NCBI GenBank assembly: GCA_963668695.2
Contig: CAXXLQ010000004.1
Span: forward strand, 2,336,001-2,400,000
DNA from: Vicinamibacteria bacterium
GTDB lineage: Bacteria > Acidobacteriota > Vicinamibacteria > Marinacidobacterales > Marinacidobacteraceae
Reading direction: 5' to 3'
Length of the DNA stretch: 64,000 nucleotides
Below, piece after piece: positions 1 through 9,865 of this stretch; the first letter of the stretch is position 1, and each line of letters opens with the position of its first letter. The notes under the pieces were generated by a model. The model worked only from the letters and a program-made list of their open reading frames with translations, made no database searches and was not told the DNA's origin. The position numbers were made by a program, and so were the translations under genes.

Positions 1-1
1 C

Positions 2-145
2 TTCACCGATCATCGGAAGGACCACGCCTCGCGCCGGGGATTGCTCCGGATGGTGAGCCGCCGACGGCGGCTGCTGGACTATCTGCGACGGGAGAATCTG
101 GAGCGCTATCGGCGCTTGATCGCCTCCCTCGGCCTCCGTAAGTAG
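2..145 (+). CDS. rpsO: 30S ribosomal protein S15, 3' part (truncated by window edge)
   Basis: Frame 2 reads [44 protein letters not shown], the S15 C-terminal signature; directly upstream of pnp. Confidence 0.95.
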   Translation, partial: FTDHRKDHASRRGLLRMVSRRRRLLDYLRRENLERYRRLIASLGLRK

Positions 146-197
146 CCCCTCCCCCGGAAGCAGAATCCCCGGCCTCGCCGGTCATGGCGAGGCTTAT

Positions 198-303
198 GAG
201 AACTGACAAATGAACGCTGGAAGCCCAGGTAGAACCTGCGGTTAACCAGAGAGAACTGACAAACGAACGCTGGAAGCCCAGGTAGAACCCGCGCTTAACC
301 AGA
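198..303. repeat. 53-bp tandem duplication in the rpsO-pnp intergenic region
   Basis: GAGAACTGACAAAtGAACGCTGGAAGCCCAGGTAGAACC...TTAACCAGA at 198-250 and 251-303, few mismatches. Confidence 0.9.
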
Positions 304-319
304 CAAGGAAAGAAACAAA

Positions 320-2536
320 TTGATTGAAACGGTACGAACACAGATCGGAAGCAACGATCTGATCATTGAAACAGGCCGTCTGGCCCGGCAGGCCGCGGGA
401 GCGGTGACTGTCCGTCTGGGTGACACGGTCGTGCTTGCCACGGTAGCTGCCTCTCGCAGCGACAGGCCTGACGTCGATTTCCTCCCGCTCGCCGTGGACT
501 ATCGGGAGAACTTCTACGCGGCGGGGCGGATCCCTGGCGGCTTCTTCAAGCGGGAGGGCCGGCCGAACGAAAAGGAGATCGTCACCTGTCGTTTGATCGA
601 TCGTCCGCTGCGCCCCCTTTTCCCGAGTAGTTGGCGTCGCGAAACGCAAGTCACCTGTCTCCTTCTTTCCACGGATCGTGAGAACGACTCCGATGTGCTC
701 GCGATCACGGGCGCGGCAGCGGCACTCGGAATCTCCGACCTTCCGTTCGACACTTCCATCGGCGCGGTCCGGGTCGGCTTGGTGGACGATGAGTTCGTTC
801 TCTGTCCGACCTTCTCCGATCTGGACCGTTCGACGCTCAATCTCGTCGTAGCCGGCTCCGACGACGCCATCGTGATGGTGGAGGCGGGGGCCGAGGACGT
901 GCCCGAGAGCCGCATGGTGGAAGCCCTCAGTTTCGCCCACGAGGGAATTCGCCGCATCGTCGGCATCCAGCAGGAACTCGTACGCCGGCTGCAGCCGAAG
1001 AAGCAGGTGGTGGTTACGAGCGATCCTGATCCAGCGCTTGCCAGCGAGATAGCGGACGGGTTCCGCGAGCGGCTGCGGGACGCACTGCAACTGTCGGGCA
1101 AGATCGAGGCCTCACGGGCCGTCAACGAGGTGAAGGCGGCTATCTCCTCCAGTCTTGAAGGTCGAAGCGACGAAGAACGCGCTGCCGCCTCCGGCATCGT
1201 CAAAGCGATGGAAGAGGACATCCTGCGCAGCACGATTCTCGACGACGGAAAACGCCTTGACGGGCGGGCCTTCGACGAGATTCGGAAGGTGACCTGCGAA
1301 GTCGGTGTTCTTCCCCGAACCCACGGGTCTGCGCTATTTACCCGCGGGGAAACCCAGGCCCTCGTCGTTACCACCCTGGCCCCCTTGAGCGAGAGTCAGC
1401 GGCTGGACTGGGTCCACGGGTCCGGAGAGAAGCGCTTTCTCCTGCATTACAATTTCCCGGCGTTCTCGGTCGGAGAGGCTCGCATGATGCGCGGTCCCGG
1501 CCGGCGGGAAATCGGTCACGGAGCTCTCGCCGAACGCGCGCTGCTTCCTGCCATTCCCGGGGAAGAACAGTTCAACTACACCATCCGGATCGTGTCCGAC
1601 ACCCTCGAATCGAACGGATCGAGTTCCATGGCGGCCGTAACCGGTGGCTGTTTGTCCCTCATGGACGCCGGCGTGCCGCTGAAGGCGCCGATCGCCGGAA
1701 TCGCTATGGGTCTCATCACCCGAGGGGACGAATACCGGGTCCTTACCGACATCGCGGGATCCGAAGACCACTACGGCGACATGGACTTCAAGGTTGCCGG
1801 CACTGCGAACGGGATCACCGCGCTGCAGATGGACATCAAGATCTCCGGGTTGCGGCTCGACATCGTCAGCGACGCCCTGGAGCAGGCGCGTCAGGCGCGA
1901 GTCAAGATTCTCGGCTTCATGGCAGCCACGATTTCCGAGCCGCGAAGTGAGACCTCCCAGTACGCGCCCGCCATCCTGACGATGAAGATTCCGGTGCGGA
2001 AGATCCGCGACGTCATCGGCCCGGGAGGCAAGACCATTCGCGCGATTACCGACGAGACCGGGGCCAAGGTGGACGTGTCCGATGACGGGACCATCCAGAT
2101 CGCCGGGTTCGACGCCAAGTCCACGCAGCGCGCCAAGGAGAAAATCGAGGCCATCGCGGTGAGCCGGCTCCCCGAGGTCGGACGGGACTACCACGGAGTG
2201 GTGAAGACGATCGTTGATTTCGGCGCCTTCGTGGAGATCCTTCCGGGAACGGACGGCCTGCTCCACATCTCGGAGATTGCCGACCGCCATGTGAACAGCG
2301 TCCGGGACGAACTTCAGGAGGGCGACGAGGTAGAGGTCCGGGTCATCGAGGTGGACGGAACCGGGAGAACCCGGCTGTCCTGCAAGGACATCATCCGGGA
2401 GCGGGCGGGCTTGCCCCCGCTTCCGCCGCGCGCGCAGCGAAAGCGCGGGGGCGGCGGCGGAGGCCGTGACCGGGACGGCGGAGGCCGGGACCGGGACCGG
2501 GACGGAGGAGGCCGGGACCACCACCGCCGCCGGTAA
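320..2536 (+). CDS. pnp: Polyribonucleotide nucleotidyltransferase (PNPase)
   Basis: 738 aa; IPGGFFKREGRP, RTHGSALFTRGETQ, ESNGSSSMA, GDMDFKVAG, KH and S1 domains; G/R/D-rich tail. Confidence 0.98.
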   Translation: MIETVRTQIGSNDLIIETGRLARQAAGAVTVRLGDTVVLATVAASRSDRPDVDFLPLAVDYRENFYAAGRIPGGFFKREGRPNEKEIVTCRLIDRPLRPLFPSSWRRETQVTCLLLSTDRENDSDVLAITGAAAALGISDLPFDTSIGAVRVGLVDDEFVLCPTFSDLDRSTLNLVVAGSDDAIVMVEAGAEDVPESRMVEALSFAHEGIRRIVGIQQELVRRLQPKKQVVVTSDPDPALASEIADGFRERLRDALQLSGKIEASRAVNEVKAAISSSLEGRSDEERAAASGIVKAMEEDILRSTILDDGKRLDGRAFDEIRKVTCEVGVLPRTHGSALFTRGETQALVVTTLAPLSESQRLDWVHGSGEKRFLLHYNFPAFSVGEARMMRGPGRREIGHGALAERALLPAIPGEEQFNYTIRIVSDTLESNGSSSMAAVTGGCLSLMDAGVPLKAPIAGIAMGLITRGDEYRVLTDIAGSEDHYGDMDFKVAGTANGITALQMDIKISGLRLDIVSDALEQARQARVKILGFMAATISEPRSETSQYAPAILTMKIPVRKIRDVIGPGGKTIRAITDETGAKVDVSDDGTIQIAGFDAKSTQRAKEKIEAIAVSRLPEVGRDYHGVVKTIVDFGAFVEILPGTDGLLHISEIADRHVNSVRDELQEGDEVEVRVIEVDGTGRTRLSCKDIIRERAGLPPLPPRAQRKRGGGGGGRDRDGGGRDRDRDGGGRDHHRRR

Positions 2537-2709
2537 CCCACCAAGCGGTTCCCGGACGGGGCCATGAGTCCCGTCCGGGCCCGATGCTCAACCCGGAATC
2601 GAGTCGGGGGCCCCGTCCGGAAGCCCGGCGCTTCGCGCCGGGCTTCCGAAGTGCGGCGAGGGCCCCACGGAGACCCCGGAGCAGGAGGGTTTGGGGGACC
2701 CGACTCCAG

Positions 2710-2930
2710 CCGCTCCTGGCTCGGGCATCGAAACTTCCTTGCGCGCCTGGGAGCGCCGGTCTCCAGACCGGCATCGCCCGCCGGAGGCGGGCGATGCGCG
2801 CAATTCAGTGCGCTTGGATCGCACCGCGCTGTTCGGTTAGCGCGGCGGCAAGTTCCGATTCGTCGTTTCCATTGTGTGAAAGGGGGGAGTCCCCCCTTTC
2901 ACACTTTCCCCCGAAACGGGGGGCAGCGAC
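2710..2930. repeat. Dispersed repeat family C, containing a nested REP-like insert
   Basis: Segments CGAAACTTCCTTGCGCGCC, GCGCGGCGGCAAGTTCCGATTCGTC and hairpin GTGAAAGGGGG..CCCCCTTTCAC match 61380-61510 in reverse complement; ~80 bp extra here begins with GGGAGCGCCGGTCTCCAGACCGGCATC. Confidence 0.7.
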
Positions 2931-3067
2931 CGTAGTTCGCTGCCATCAGTCCTAGCTCAGTCGAGCTCGCGCCACGCTTCGCAGGCCGCGCGCGGCAGCG
3001 GCGGAAAGCCATGCGACACCCGCCGTCTTTCCCTCTCGGCCCGCCCCTTTCTTCGTAGAATTCCCGA

Positions 3068-3973
3068 ATGCCTGAAGCAGTCCTGACCACCTCGCTCGAG
3101 GGCGTTGCCCTCCGCTCGCGCGGCAAGGTCCGCGACATCTACGCCGTCGAGGATCAACTTCTCCTCGTCACCACGGACCGGGTCTCGGCTTTCGACGTGG
3201 TAATCCCCGAGGGGATTCCCGAAAAGGGTCGGGTGCTCAACAGCCTGAGCGCCTGGTGGCTGCGGCGCACGGAACACATCGTTCCCAATCACCTCGTTAC
3301 CGACGACGTGGACGAGTACCCCGAGGTCCTGGCGGCGGCGAAGGGAATGCTTGACGGCCGTTCCATGCTCGTGAAGCGGCTGAACCCGGTGCCGTTCGAG
3401 TGCGTGATGCGGGGTTTTCTCTACGGGTCGGGCTGGAAGGAGTACGGGCGGCTGGGCAGCGTGTGCGGCATTCCCCTTCCGAGCGGGATGCAACTCGCCG
3501 AGCGCTTTCCGAAGCCTCTCTTCACGCCCGCCACGAAGGCGGAGGACGGGCACGACGAGAACGTCAGCGAGGAGTTCATGGCGAATGCACTGGGACGGGA
3601 GCTGACCACCCGTCTCCACGAAATCTCCCGCGAGATCTACGCGAGTGGCGTGAAGTGGGCGGCGCAGCGCGGCATCATCATCGCCGACACCAAGTTCGAG
3701 TTCGGACAGGATGAAGACGGCGGCTTGTATCTCATTGACGAGGTGCTGACGCCAGACTCCTCGCGCTTCTGGCCGGCCGACGAGTACGCCCCCGGAAAAC
3801 TCCAATCCAGTTTCGACAAGCAATATGTGCGGGACTATCTGGAGACCCTCGACTGGGACAAATCGCCGCCGGCGCCGCATCTCCCTGCCGATGTGGTCCG
3901 CGGGACGACCGAGCGTTTCCTCAGCGCCTACCGCCAGATCACCGGTTCCGCCCTGCCGGCTCCCCGCTACTGA
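3068..3973 (+). CDS. purC: SAICAR synthetase
   Basis: RGKVRDIY, TDRVSAFD, IIADTKFEFG, DEVLTPDSSRFW, SFDKQYVRD motifs. Confidence 0.97.
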   Translation: MPEAVLTTSLEGVALRSRGKVRDIYAVEDQLLLVTTDRVSAFDVVIPEGIPEKGRVLNSLSAWWLRRTEHIVPNHLVTDDVDEYPEVLAAAKGMLDGRSMLVKRLNPVPFECVMRGFLYGSGWKEYGRLGSVCGIPLPSGMQLAERFPKPLFTPATKAEDGHDENVSEEFMANALGRELTTRLHEISREIYASGVKWAAQRGIIIADTKFEFGQDEDGGLYLIDEVLTPDSSRFWPADEYAPGKLQSSFDKQYVRDYLETLDWDKSPPAPHLPADVVRGTTERFLSAYRQITGSALPAPRY

Positions 3974-4032
3974 CGCGGGCGGAACCGTCCACCTAGCTCT
4001 TCAGGCGGGGCAGCGCCGGCTCCGCCGGCCAA

Positions 4033-4410
4033 ACAGCCGGTGATGAAACCCGCGCGGCCCAGTTCTCCCGGTGGGGGCTCGGCCGGCGATCCATCCCGGC
4101 TGAACCGCGTCGCTTCGCGGCGCTCATCGGTTTCGGTCGGAATACACGCGGGCCAGTTCTCCCGGTGGGGGCTCCTCCCTCACGCGCCTTGTCAGCCGGA
4201 CCCCCACCGGGAGAACTGGGCCTCGCCGGCCTCGGCGCTCACGCGGTTCCACCACCGGCTGTTCACCGCGTCGCTGCGCGGCGCTCATCGTTGCGTTTCG
4301 GTCGGAATACACGCGGGCCAGTTCTCCCGGTGGGGGCTCCTCCCTCACGCGCCTTGTCAGCCGGGCTCCTCCCCGGCCTCGGCGCTCACGCCGGTTCCAC
4401 CACAGGCTGT
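4033..4410. mobile_element. MITE family A, one copy plus a partial tandem copy, carrying four 18-bp inserts
   Basis: Ends ACAGCCGGTGATGAAACCC and GGTTCCACCAC(C/A)GGCTGT; internal sequence matches 33287-33467; right end overlaps the TAA of the convergent gene. Confidence 0.85.
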
Positions 4411-5330
4411 TAATCGCGTCCGCCGACCCTGAGACGGATCGAGCCGTCGCTCGTGCGGAGGTTGATCTGGGGGCCTGTCCCGTCTCCCAGCGTGGTGAGC
4501 GCGACCGGGCCTTCGCGTTGCCATGCACGACGGTCGCTGTCGTCCTCCGCGGTGAGGTCGCCCACGGCCGAAACCAGCGCGTTCGTGCCGCGGGGAAGGC
4601 TGAGGCGCACCGGACCATCGGCGGTGCGCAGGAACCACTCGCTGTCCCGGGCCGCTCCTCCCGCGGCGACCTCCACTTCGATCCCCCCGTCCGCCGACAC
4701 CGCCATTACTTCCTGAAGTCGCCCAAGGAGGCGGATTCGTCCTTCGGCGGTTGCGGCGTGAAACCGCCCCTCGAGATTCTCACCCTGAATGTTTCCGTCG
4801 CCGGTGCGCAGGAGGACGGGATCTTGATCGGGTCCGGCCGGCGACCGCAGACCGTCCGCGAAGATCCTGCCAGCGGCCGTCGTCGCGCGGACCGGACCGG
4901 TCAGGCCGCTGAGCTCGATGCGTCCGGAAGTGGTTCGCGCGTCCACCGCCGTACCCGTGGGCACGGCGATCTCAAGCCTGAGAACGAGGTCTTCCCACGG
5001 GGGAAAGGCCCGGGCGGTCGCGATCCGGCCCGTCACCACCACGGCTTCCGGATCCTGTTCGCGGTCGAACTCAACGAGCAGGGCGGCGAGCGCAGCCTGC
5101 ATGGCCTCCCGGGTGGGGGCCCTTGCGGAGCGCCGCACCAAAACCTCGATGTCGGTCCCGAGGTGCTCCCGTACGCTCAGCGAACCGCGGCCGAGCCGGA
5201 CAACAAGCTCGGGGGCACCGGGCCGGGTGATCGTCTCCTCCGAGGTCTCCTCGACCCAAGGAAAACACCCGAACAACAGGCTCCCGAACGCGGTCAGAAC
5301 GACGAGCAGGGCCGGGATGAATCGCTTCAT
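4410..5330 (-). CDS. DUF4097/adhesin-like beta-repeat lipoprotein
   Basis: Start inferred at MKRFIPALLVVLTAFGSLLFGC (lipobox-like); repeated xRTxxGxIxL beta motifs; overlaps the upstream gene stop. Confidence 0.75.
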   Translation of the reverse strand: MKRFIPALLVVLTAFGSLLFGCFPWVEETSEETITRPGAPELVVRLGRGSLSVREHLGTDIEVLVRRSARAPTREAMQAALAALLVEFDREQDPEAVVVTGRIATARAFPPWEDLVLRLEIAVPTGTAVDARTTSGRIELSGLTGPVRATTAAGRIFADGLRSPAGPDQDPVLLRTGDGNIQGENLEGRFHAATAEGRIRLLGRLQEVMAVSADGGIEVEVAAGGAARDSEWFLRTADGPVRLSLPRGTNALVSAVGDLTAEDDSDRRAWQREGPVALTTLGDGTGPQINLRTSDGSIRLRVGGRD

Positions 5331-7057
5331 CGATTCCCCTCCCGAGGATTTCCCTCTCGAGCCGGAGACTGTCGGACCCGGACCGACAGGTCGCCGTCGT
5401 CGGTCGAGATCGTCACTCGCCGGGAAGCGGAACCTGCCGACCCCGTCCAGCGCGAACGCCCGTCGCGGTCCGTCCGTTCCAGGGCGAAGTCGCTCTCGAC
5501 TTCGCCGCCCCCGGCCTCTGCCGAGAGCGCGAAGGAGCCATCCGCCGGGAGAGCCAACCGGATGTCGCCCCGGTCGGTCGTCAGAGTGACATCTCCGTTC
5601 AATGCGTCGGTCGCCACATCCACGAGGGCGTCCCCGCCGTCCACCGAGAGCGCCTGTGCGAATTCCCGCACGGTGATGGCGCCGGCACGGCCCGAGAAGC
5701 TCGCCGGGCCGAGGAGATTCGAAGCCCGCACCTCGCCGCGCCCGCTGGAAACCGTCACCGACCCGGCGATATTCGCGAGAATGAAAGCCCCGCCAGCTCC
5801 CGAGATTTCCACCGTGGAGCGCGCCTCCCGCACCTCGACGCTTGCGGACTCGGTCACGATGCGGAGCGGCCCCCCCACGGAGGTGGCCAGGATCGGGCCG
5901 AACTCCGAGCGTACCGTCGCCGAACTTTCGATCCGGTCGAGCGTGATCGGGGAGATCCGGGTTTCGACCTCGACCGGTCCGGTGGCCAACGCCACCTCGA
6001 CCGGAGCATCCCGGCCGCGCACCCGCACCGAGGAGCCCGCGCCCGAGATCCATACCGGGGCGCCTTCCGATTCGACCGTGACGGGACCGGTCACCGATTC
6101 GACTTCGACGACGGCCCGCCGGCCGCGGATCTGAAGCCCTCCCTCGATCTCCGACGCCCACACCGCGCCGTCGCGGGCCCGCAGCGAAACCGCTCCGCGC
6201 GCGCCCCGGACGTCAAGAGGGCCCTCGCTGGTCCGGGCCTCAACGTCTCCAAAAGGCCCTTGGATGCGTACCACCCCTTCGCCGCTGAATGCCGAGATGT
6301 TGACGCCCGGAGGAAGTACTACCCGAATCTCGATGGCCACATCGGATTCGCCGGAGTCCTCCACCCCGACCGGAATCCGGCCGCTCTCGGCGTCGAAGGG
6401 CCCGGCAACCAGCCGGACGGAAGCCGCGCGGGCGGCGGCCTGTTCCCGGTTCGCTGCCCACACGCGCTTCGAGAGGGTGACGCGGCCCTCTTTGGCAATA
6501 CCCGGCGGGAGTGGCTCCGCGGTGGCTTCCGGGCCCGTGGCGTCGTCCAGTCCGGACGGGGCGGAGGGCGCCGCCTCCACCAGGATGTTGCCCGCCGGTA
6601 CCGAGATCACGACATCCACCGGGCCATCGCCGGGCAGGGAAATCGTCCTCTCGGTGACGAAGACATGCTGCGGGAAATCGGCCATCCCCCGCGCCGCCAG
6701 TCGGCTCATCTCCAAGAGACGGAGTTCGAGGCCCTGGCTCTCGATCACTCGCTGGGCCAGGGTGAGGCCCGTGCCGCAAAGGATCAGCAGCAGGAGGAGG
6801 AAGACCTCCAGCGCGCCAAATCGTGTCCTTCCCTTCCACAGCCGGCGGACAATCTTGGACAGGCCCCAAACCACCAGCAGGAGAGGCCACCAGACCGCGG
6901 CGAGCGGCAGCAATTCGAAAACAAGCAGCACGAGCCGCGTTCCCGCGAGGTTTGCCGCGAGAAACAGTCCTCCGACAAGGATCAGCCCGATTCCGAGCGC
7001 GGTGCCGCAGCCGCTTCCGGAACGGGGAGTTTTTCCCGCCGTCCCGGGATCCATCAT
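5327..7057 (-). CDS. Membrane protein with N-terminal LiaF/DUF5668-like TM region and DUF4097 beta-repeat domain
   Basis: GLILVGGLFLAANL..WWPLLLVVWGL TM motif followed by many G-x-V-x-V beta repeats. Confidence 0.75.
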   Translation of the reverse strand: MMDPGTAGKTPRSGSGCGTALGIGLILVGGLFLAANLAGTRLVLLVFELLPLAAVWWPLLLVVWGLSKIVRRLWKGRTRFGALEVFLLLLLILCGTGLTLAQRVIESQGLELRLLEMSRLAARGMADFPQHVFVTERTISLPGDGPVDVVISVPAGNILVEAAPSAPSGLDDATGPEATAEPLPPGIAKEGRVTLSKRVWAANREQAAARAASVRLVAGPFDAESGRIPVGVEDSGESDVAIEIRVVLPPGVNISAFSGEGVVRIQGPFGDVEARTSEGPLDVRGARGAVSLRARDGAVWASEIEGGLQIRGRRAVVEVESVTGPVTVESEGAPVWISGAGSSVRVRGRDAPVEVALATGPVEVETRISPITLDRIESSATVRSEFGPILATSVGGPLRIVTESASVEVREARSTVEISGAGGAFILANIAGSVTVSSGRGEVRASNLLGPASFSGRAGAITVREFAQALSVDGGDALVDVATDALNGDVTLTTDRGDIRLALPADGSFALSAEAGGGEVESDFALERTDRDGRSRWTGSAGSASRRVTISTDDGDLSVRVRQSPAREGNPREGNR

Positions 7058-7260
7058 GGTGGGGGCGGCGGAGGGCCGGACGCCGGCCCCGAACCGGAGT
7101 CGCGGTCCCGAATCACCAGGCGCACGCCCACTGCAATCAGGATGAGCGGCCAGAACCGAACGAGCTCGTCGATATCGACGATGTCGAGGTTCGACAGCAA
7201 GAAAACAATCCCGATCAGGATCAGCACTGCTCCCGTCCAGTTCCCTCGCTGGGCCATCAT
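7054..7260 (-). CDS. Small LiaI/LiaF-like (DUF5668) membrane protein
   Basis: GAVLILIGIVFLLSNLD..FWPLILIAVGV pattern; ATGA overlap with the next gene. Confidence 0.8.
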   Translation of the reverse strand: MMAQRGNWTGAVLILIGIVFLLSNLDIVDIDELVRFWPLILIAVGVRLVIRDRDSGSGPASGPPPPPP

Positions 7261-7263
7261 CTA

Positions 7264-7480
7264 GCAGCCTGTGGATAGAGTGACGTGAGCGCCGAGGCCG
7301 GTGAGGCCCAGTTCTCCCGGTGGGGCCAGTCCTCCCGGTGGGGGCCCGGCTGACGAGGCGCGCGAGGGAGGAATACCTGATGTATTTCGACCGAAGCGCA
7401 ACGATGAGCGACGCGAAGCGGATGGGTTCAGCCGGGATGGATCGCCGGCCGAACGCCGCGTGACTTTGTTCACAGGCTGC
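7264..7480. mobile_element. MITE family A (A2 TIR variant), 217 bp = 181 + two 18-bp inserts
   Basis: GCAGCCTGTGGATAGAGT ... ACTTTGTTCACAGGCTGC; preceded by TA; lies inside the operon. Confidence 0.88.
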
Positions 7481-8024
7481 TCGCCTCCTCCTCTTCACCT
7501 TCCTCCGGCGGTACCCGGGGCGGGATGTCGATCGGGGCCGGCGGGGAAGGGGAGACATCCGCAACCGGGGATGCGCCGAGCGGTTCCGCAGCGGCCTGAG
7601 TGGCCGGAGATCCCTCGGCAGGAGCGTCGGGAGCTCCCGGGATCAGGGGACGTCCCCTTAAAAGTTGGAATCCGATCCAGACGAGGACCAGCGGCCAGAG
7701 TCTGAGCGCCCACTCGAGTTCGGGAATCATGGCGAGGGTCGCGATTACGCCGGCCCCCATGAGCCCCACCGCCCAGTTGCGGTCCAAAGAGACTGTCGCC
7801 GGACGTCCTTCGGCGTGGGCCCGCACCACTTCTTCGGTCGTCCGGATCGCGTTCACAATCCCGAAGATCCATACCGCAATCACCGCGGCGACCAATTCAT
7901 CCTGCAGGAGGGCGACAAACGCCGCGGCGAGCGCCAGTCCGCGGGCCGTAGCCCCGGCATAGAGGTGACCGAGGCCGGGGAGCACAACGGACAGGACACC
8001 GGCGAGTCCCGGCGAGCGATTCAT
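7470..8024 (-). CDS. Membrane protein (TM2/DUF5668-like) of the ECF operon
   Basis: SPGLAGVLSVVLPGLGHLYAG motif, several TM helices, LWPLVLVWIG; its stop lies within the MITE end. Confidence 0.75.
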   Translation of the reverse strand: MNRSPGLAGVLSVVLPGLGHLYAGATARGLALAAAFVALLQDELVAAVIAVWIFGIVNAIRTTEEVVRAHAEGRPATVSLDRNWAVGLMGAGVIATLAMIPELEWALRLWPLVLVWIGFQLLRGRPLIPGAPDAPAEGSPATQAAAEPLGASPVADVSPSPPAPIDIPPRVPPEEGEEEEASSL

Positions 8025-8647
8025 GGCGCGGTCCCTCCTTGCGGGTCTCCGGCGGCAGTTGATTCGGGGTCGGAGCCCGGCGGTTCGGGGTCGGAGCCCG
8101 GAGCCGCCGCCAGTTCGTCACGGTGCCGGGTTGCCCGCTCCAAATCCCGGAGCCGGTCCCCCAAGCGGTCCATTTGGTCCTCCAGTGCGAAGGAAACCGA
8201 GGCGCGAAGCACGCCGAGTTCGGCCAGGGCCCGGTCGGTCTGACGGTTCGCGGCCGCCCGCAGACTGCTGACCCCCTCCGATGCGCGGGGAAGGGACTCG
8301 AGGGCTCCCCGGACCAGCGGAGGCTGGAAGAACAACATCATGGCCGCGGCGGCGGCTGCGGCGACCCACGTTGGCCAGTAGTTCGCCCGTCGCACGTAGA
8401 GAGTTCGGAACCGGGGCAACGTTGCGGCCAGGATGCGCCCCGAGAGCTCCGGAGGCGACGGTCCCGCACCGGCGGCGAACTCGGCCAGTCCTCTGCGGAC
8501 CGCCCGGATCTCCCCGTAAAGACGGGCGAGTTCCGGATCCTGGGCCAACCGGGCCCGAACCTCCTGCGCCTCGGCGTCGTCCAGTTCACCCGCGGTAAGA
8601 GCTGACGCCAGATTCCGGAGGCGGGCGTCCGGGCGAGAATCTCTCAA
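8021..8647 (-). CDS. Putative anti-sigma factor
   Basis: TTG start overlapping the sigma stop; ALTAGELDDAEAQEVRARL resembles a zf-HC2-type N-terminus without the Cys/His ligands; single TM. Confidence 0.65.
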   Translation of the reverse strand: MRDSRPDARLRNLASALTAGELDDAEAQEVRARLAQDPELARLYGEIRAVRRGLAEFAAGAGPSPPELSGRILAATLPRFRTLYVRRANYWPTWVAAAAAAAMMLFFQPPLVRGALESLPRASEGVSSLRAAANRQTDRALAELGVLRASVSFALEDQMDRLGDRLRDLERATRHRDELAAAPGSDPEPPGSDPESTAAGDPQGGTAP

Positions 8648-9243
8648 CGGTTCGCTCCCCTGCTCGCGCCGGCAGGTTCGCTGCGACCCAATTCGCGTCG
8701 CGCCCGCGCCAGGTTCTGCCGGGCGCGGTGGATTCGGGACTTTACGGTTCCGAGCGGGATTCCGAGCCGCTCCGCGACCTCGGGGTAGTCGCAATCCATC
8801 AGGTCCCGGAGTATGAGTGGTTCCGAAAGCGCGGGAGGCAGCCGGTCGAGCAGCCGCCGTACCCGCGCGGCTTCTTCGCGCCGTTCGGCAATTGTGTCGG
8901 GTTGCCACGAGATCGGCACGGGAGCCTCTGGAATCTCGTCGCCGGACAACAGGAGCGGCGTGCGTCGCCGGCGTCGGTAGGCGTCGATGCCCACGTTGGT
9001 GGCGACCTGCCGCACCCAGGCGCCGAGCGCTCCGCTCGGACGATAACGGGGCAACACACTCACGAGCCGCATGAAGACGTCCTGAGTGAGTTCGTCCGCG
9101 TCGTCCGGGGTTGCGGCGAATCGGTAGGCGATGTGCCAGATGGGTTCCCGGAACCGGTCCACAAAAGCCCGCCACGCGTCCTCGTGGCCTGACAGGCATT
9201 GGCGGACGAGTGTGGCATCGGAGATTTGGGCCGGGGACTCCAC
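8644..9243 (-). CDS. ECF RNA polymerase sigma factor (RpoE/SigW-like)
   Basis: DADELTQDVF, LGAWVRQVATN, YPEVAERLGIPLGTVKSRIHRAR (regions 2 and 4). Confidence 0.93.
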   Translation of the reverse strand: MESPAQISDATLVRQCLSGHEDAWRAFVDRFREPIWHIAYRFAATPDDADELTQDVFMRLVSVLPRYRPSGALGAWVRQVATNVGIDAYRRRRRTPLLLSGDEIPEAPVPISWQPDTIAERREEAARVRRLLDRLPPALSEPLILRDLMDCDYPEVAERLGIPLGTVKSRIHRARQNLARARRELGRSEPAGASRGANR

Positions 9244-9370
9244 TGGTGGCGCTTCGGTTTTCTCCCGGTCAACCGAAGATAACGAAGCTCCTCTCCCACC
9301 AGTTCTCGGCGCAGCCGTCTCCGATCGCTACCGCACTGCTCCGTTTTCGTCGCCCCGCTGAAATGCGGGC

Positions 9371-9865
9371 TCAGGAGGACCTGCGAGCGGTTTTCTTCCG
9401 CCCCTTCGCGGGCGCCCGCTTGCGGAGGAGGGCCTGAACCTCCTTCACGAAATCGCGGGTGTCCTGAAAGTCGCGGTACACCGACGCGAAGCGCACGAAG
9501 GCGACGTGATCCTCGCGCTTGAGTTCCTCCATGAGGATTTCGCCGATCTCGGAGGCGGCGAGTTCCCGGTCCGGACTCTTCGCAACCAACGCACCCACCT
9601 GATCGGCGATGGCCTCGATCTTCTCTTCAGCGATCCGCCTTCCGCAGGCCCTCTTGAGACCTGACAAAACCTTGCCCCGATCGAAGACCTCGCGGTCGCC
9701 GTTCTTCTTGACCACCGTGCACGGGATCTCTTCGACCGCCTCGTAGCTCGTGAATCGCTTCGCGCACCCGAGGCATTCGCGGCGCCGGCGGATGATCTCG
9801 CCTTCCCGACTCTCGCGGGAATCCACGACCCGGTCTTCGGGGTTGCCGCAATAGGGGCACTTCAC
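9371..9865 (-). CDS. nrdR: Transcriptional repressor NrdR
   Basis: MKCPYCG..VVDSRE..IRRRRECLGCAKRFTSYE, ATP-cone, VAFVRFASVYRDF. Confidence 0.96.
   Translation of the reverse strand: MKCPYCGNPEDRVVDSRESREGEIIRRRRECLGCAKRFTSYEAVEEIPCTVVKKNGDREVFDRGKVLSGLKRACGRRIAEEKIEAIADQVGALVAKSPDRELAASEIGEILMEELKREDHVAFVRFASVYRDFQDTRDFVKEVQALLRKRAPAKGRKKTARRSS

Noticed and set aside
2446-2533. GGACGG/GACCGG repeats at the pnp 3' end
   Set aside because: They encode an ordinary low-complexity G/R/D tail common in PNPases
4040-4432. ORFs with recurring peptides PHRENW, QFSRWG and PTGRTG (also near 16400-17200 and 50800-51400)
   Set aside because: These are translations of the stop-poor MITE and 18-mer, not genes
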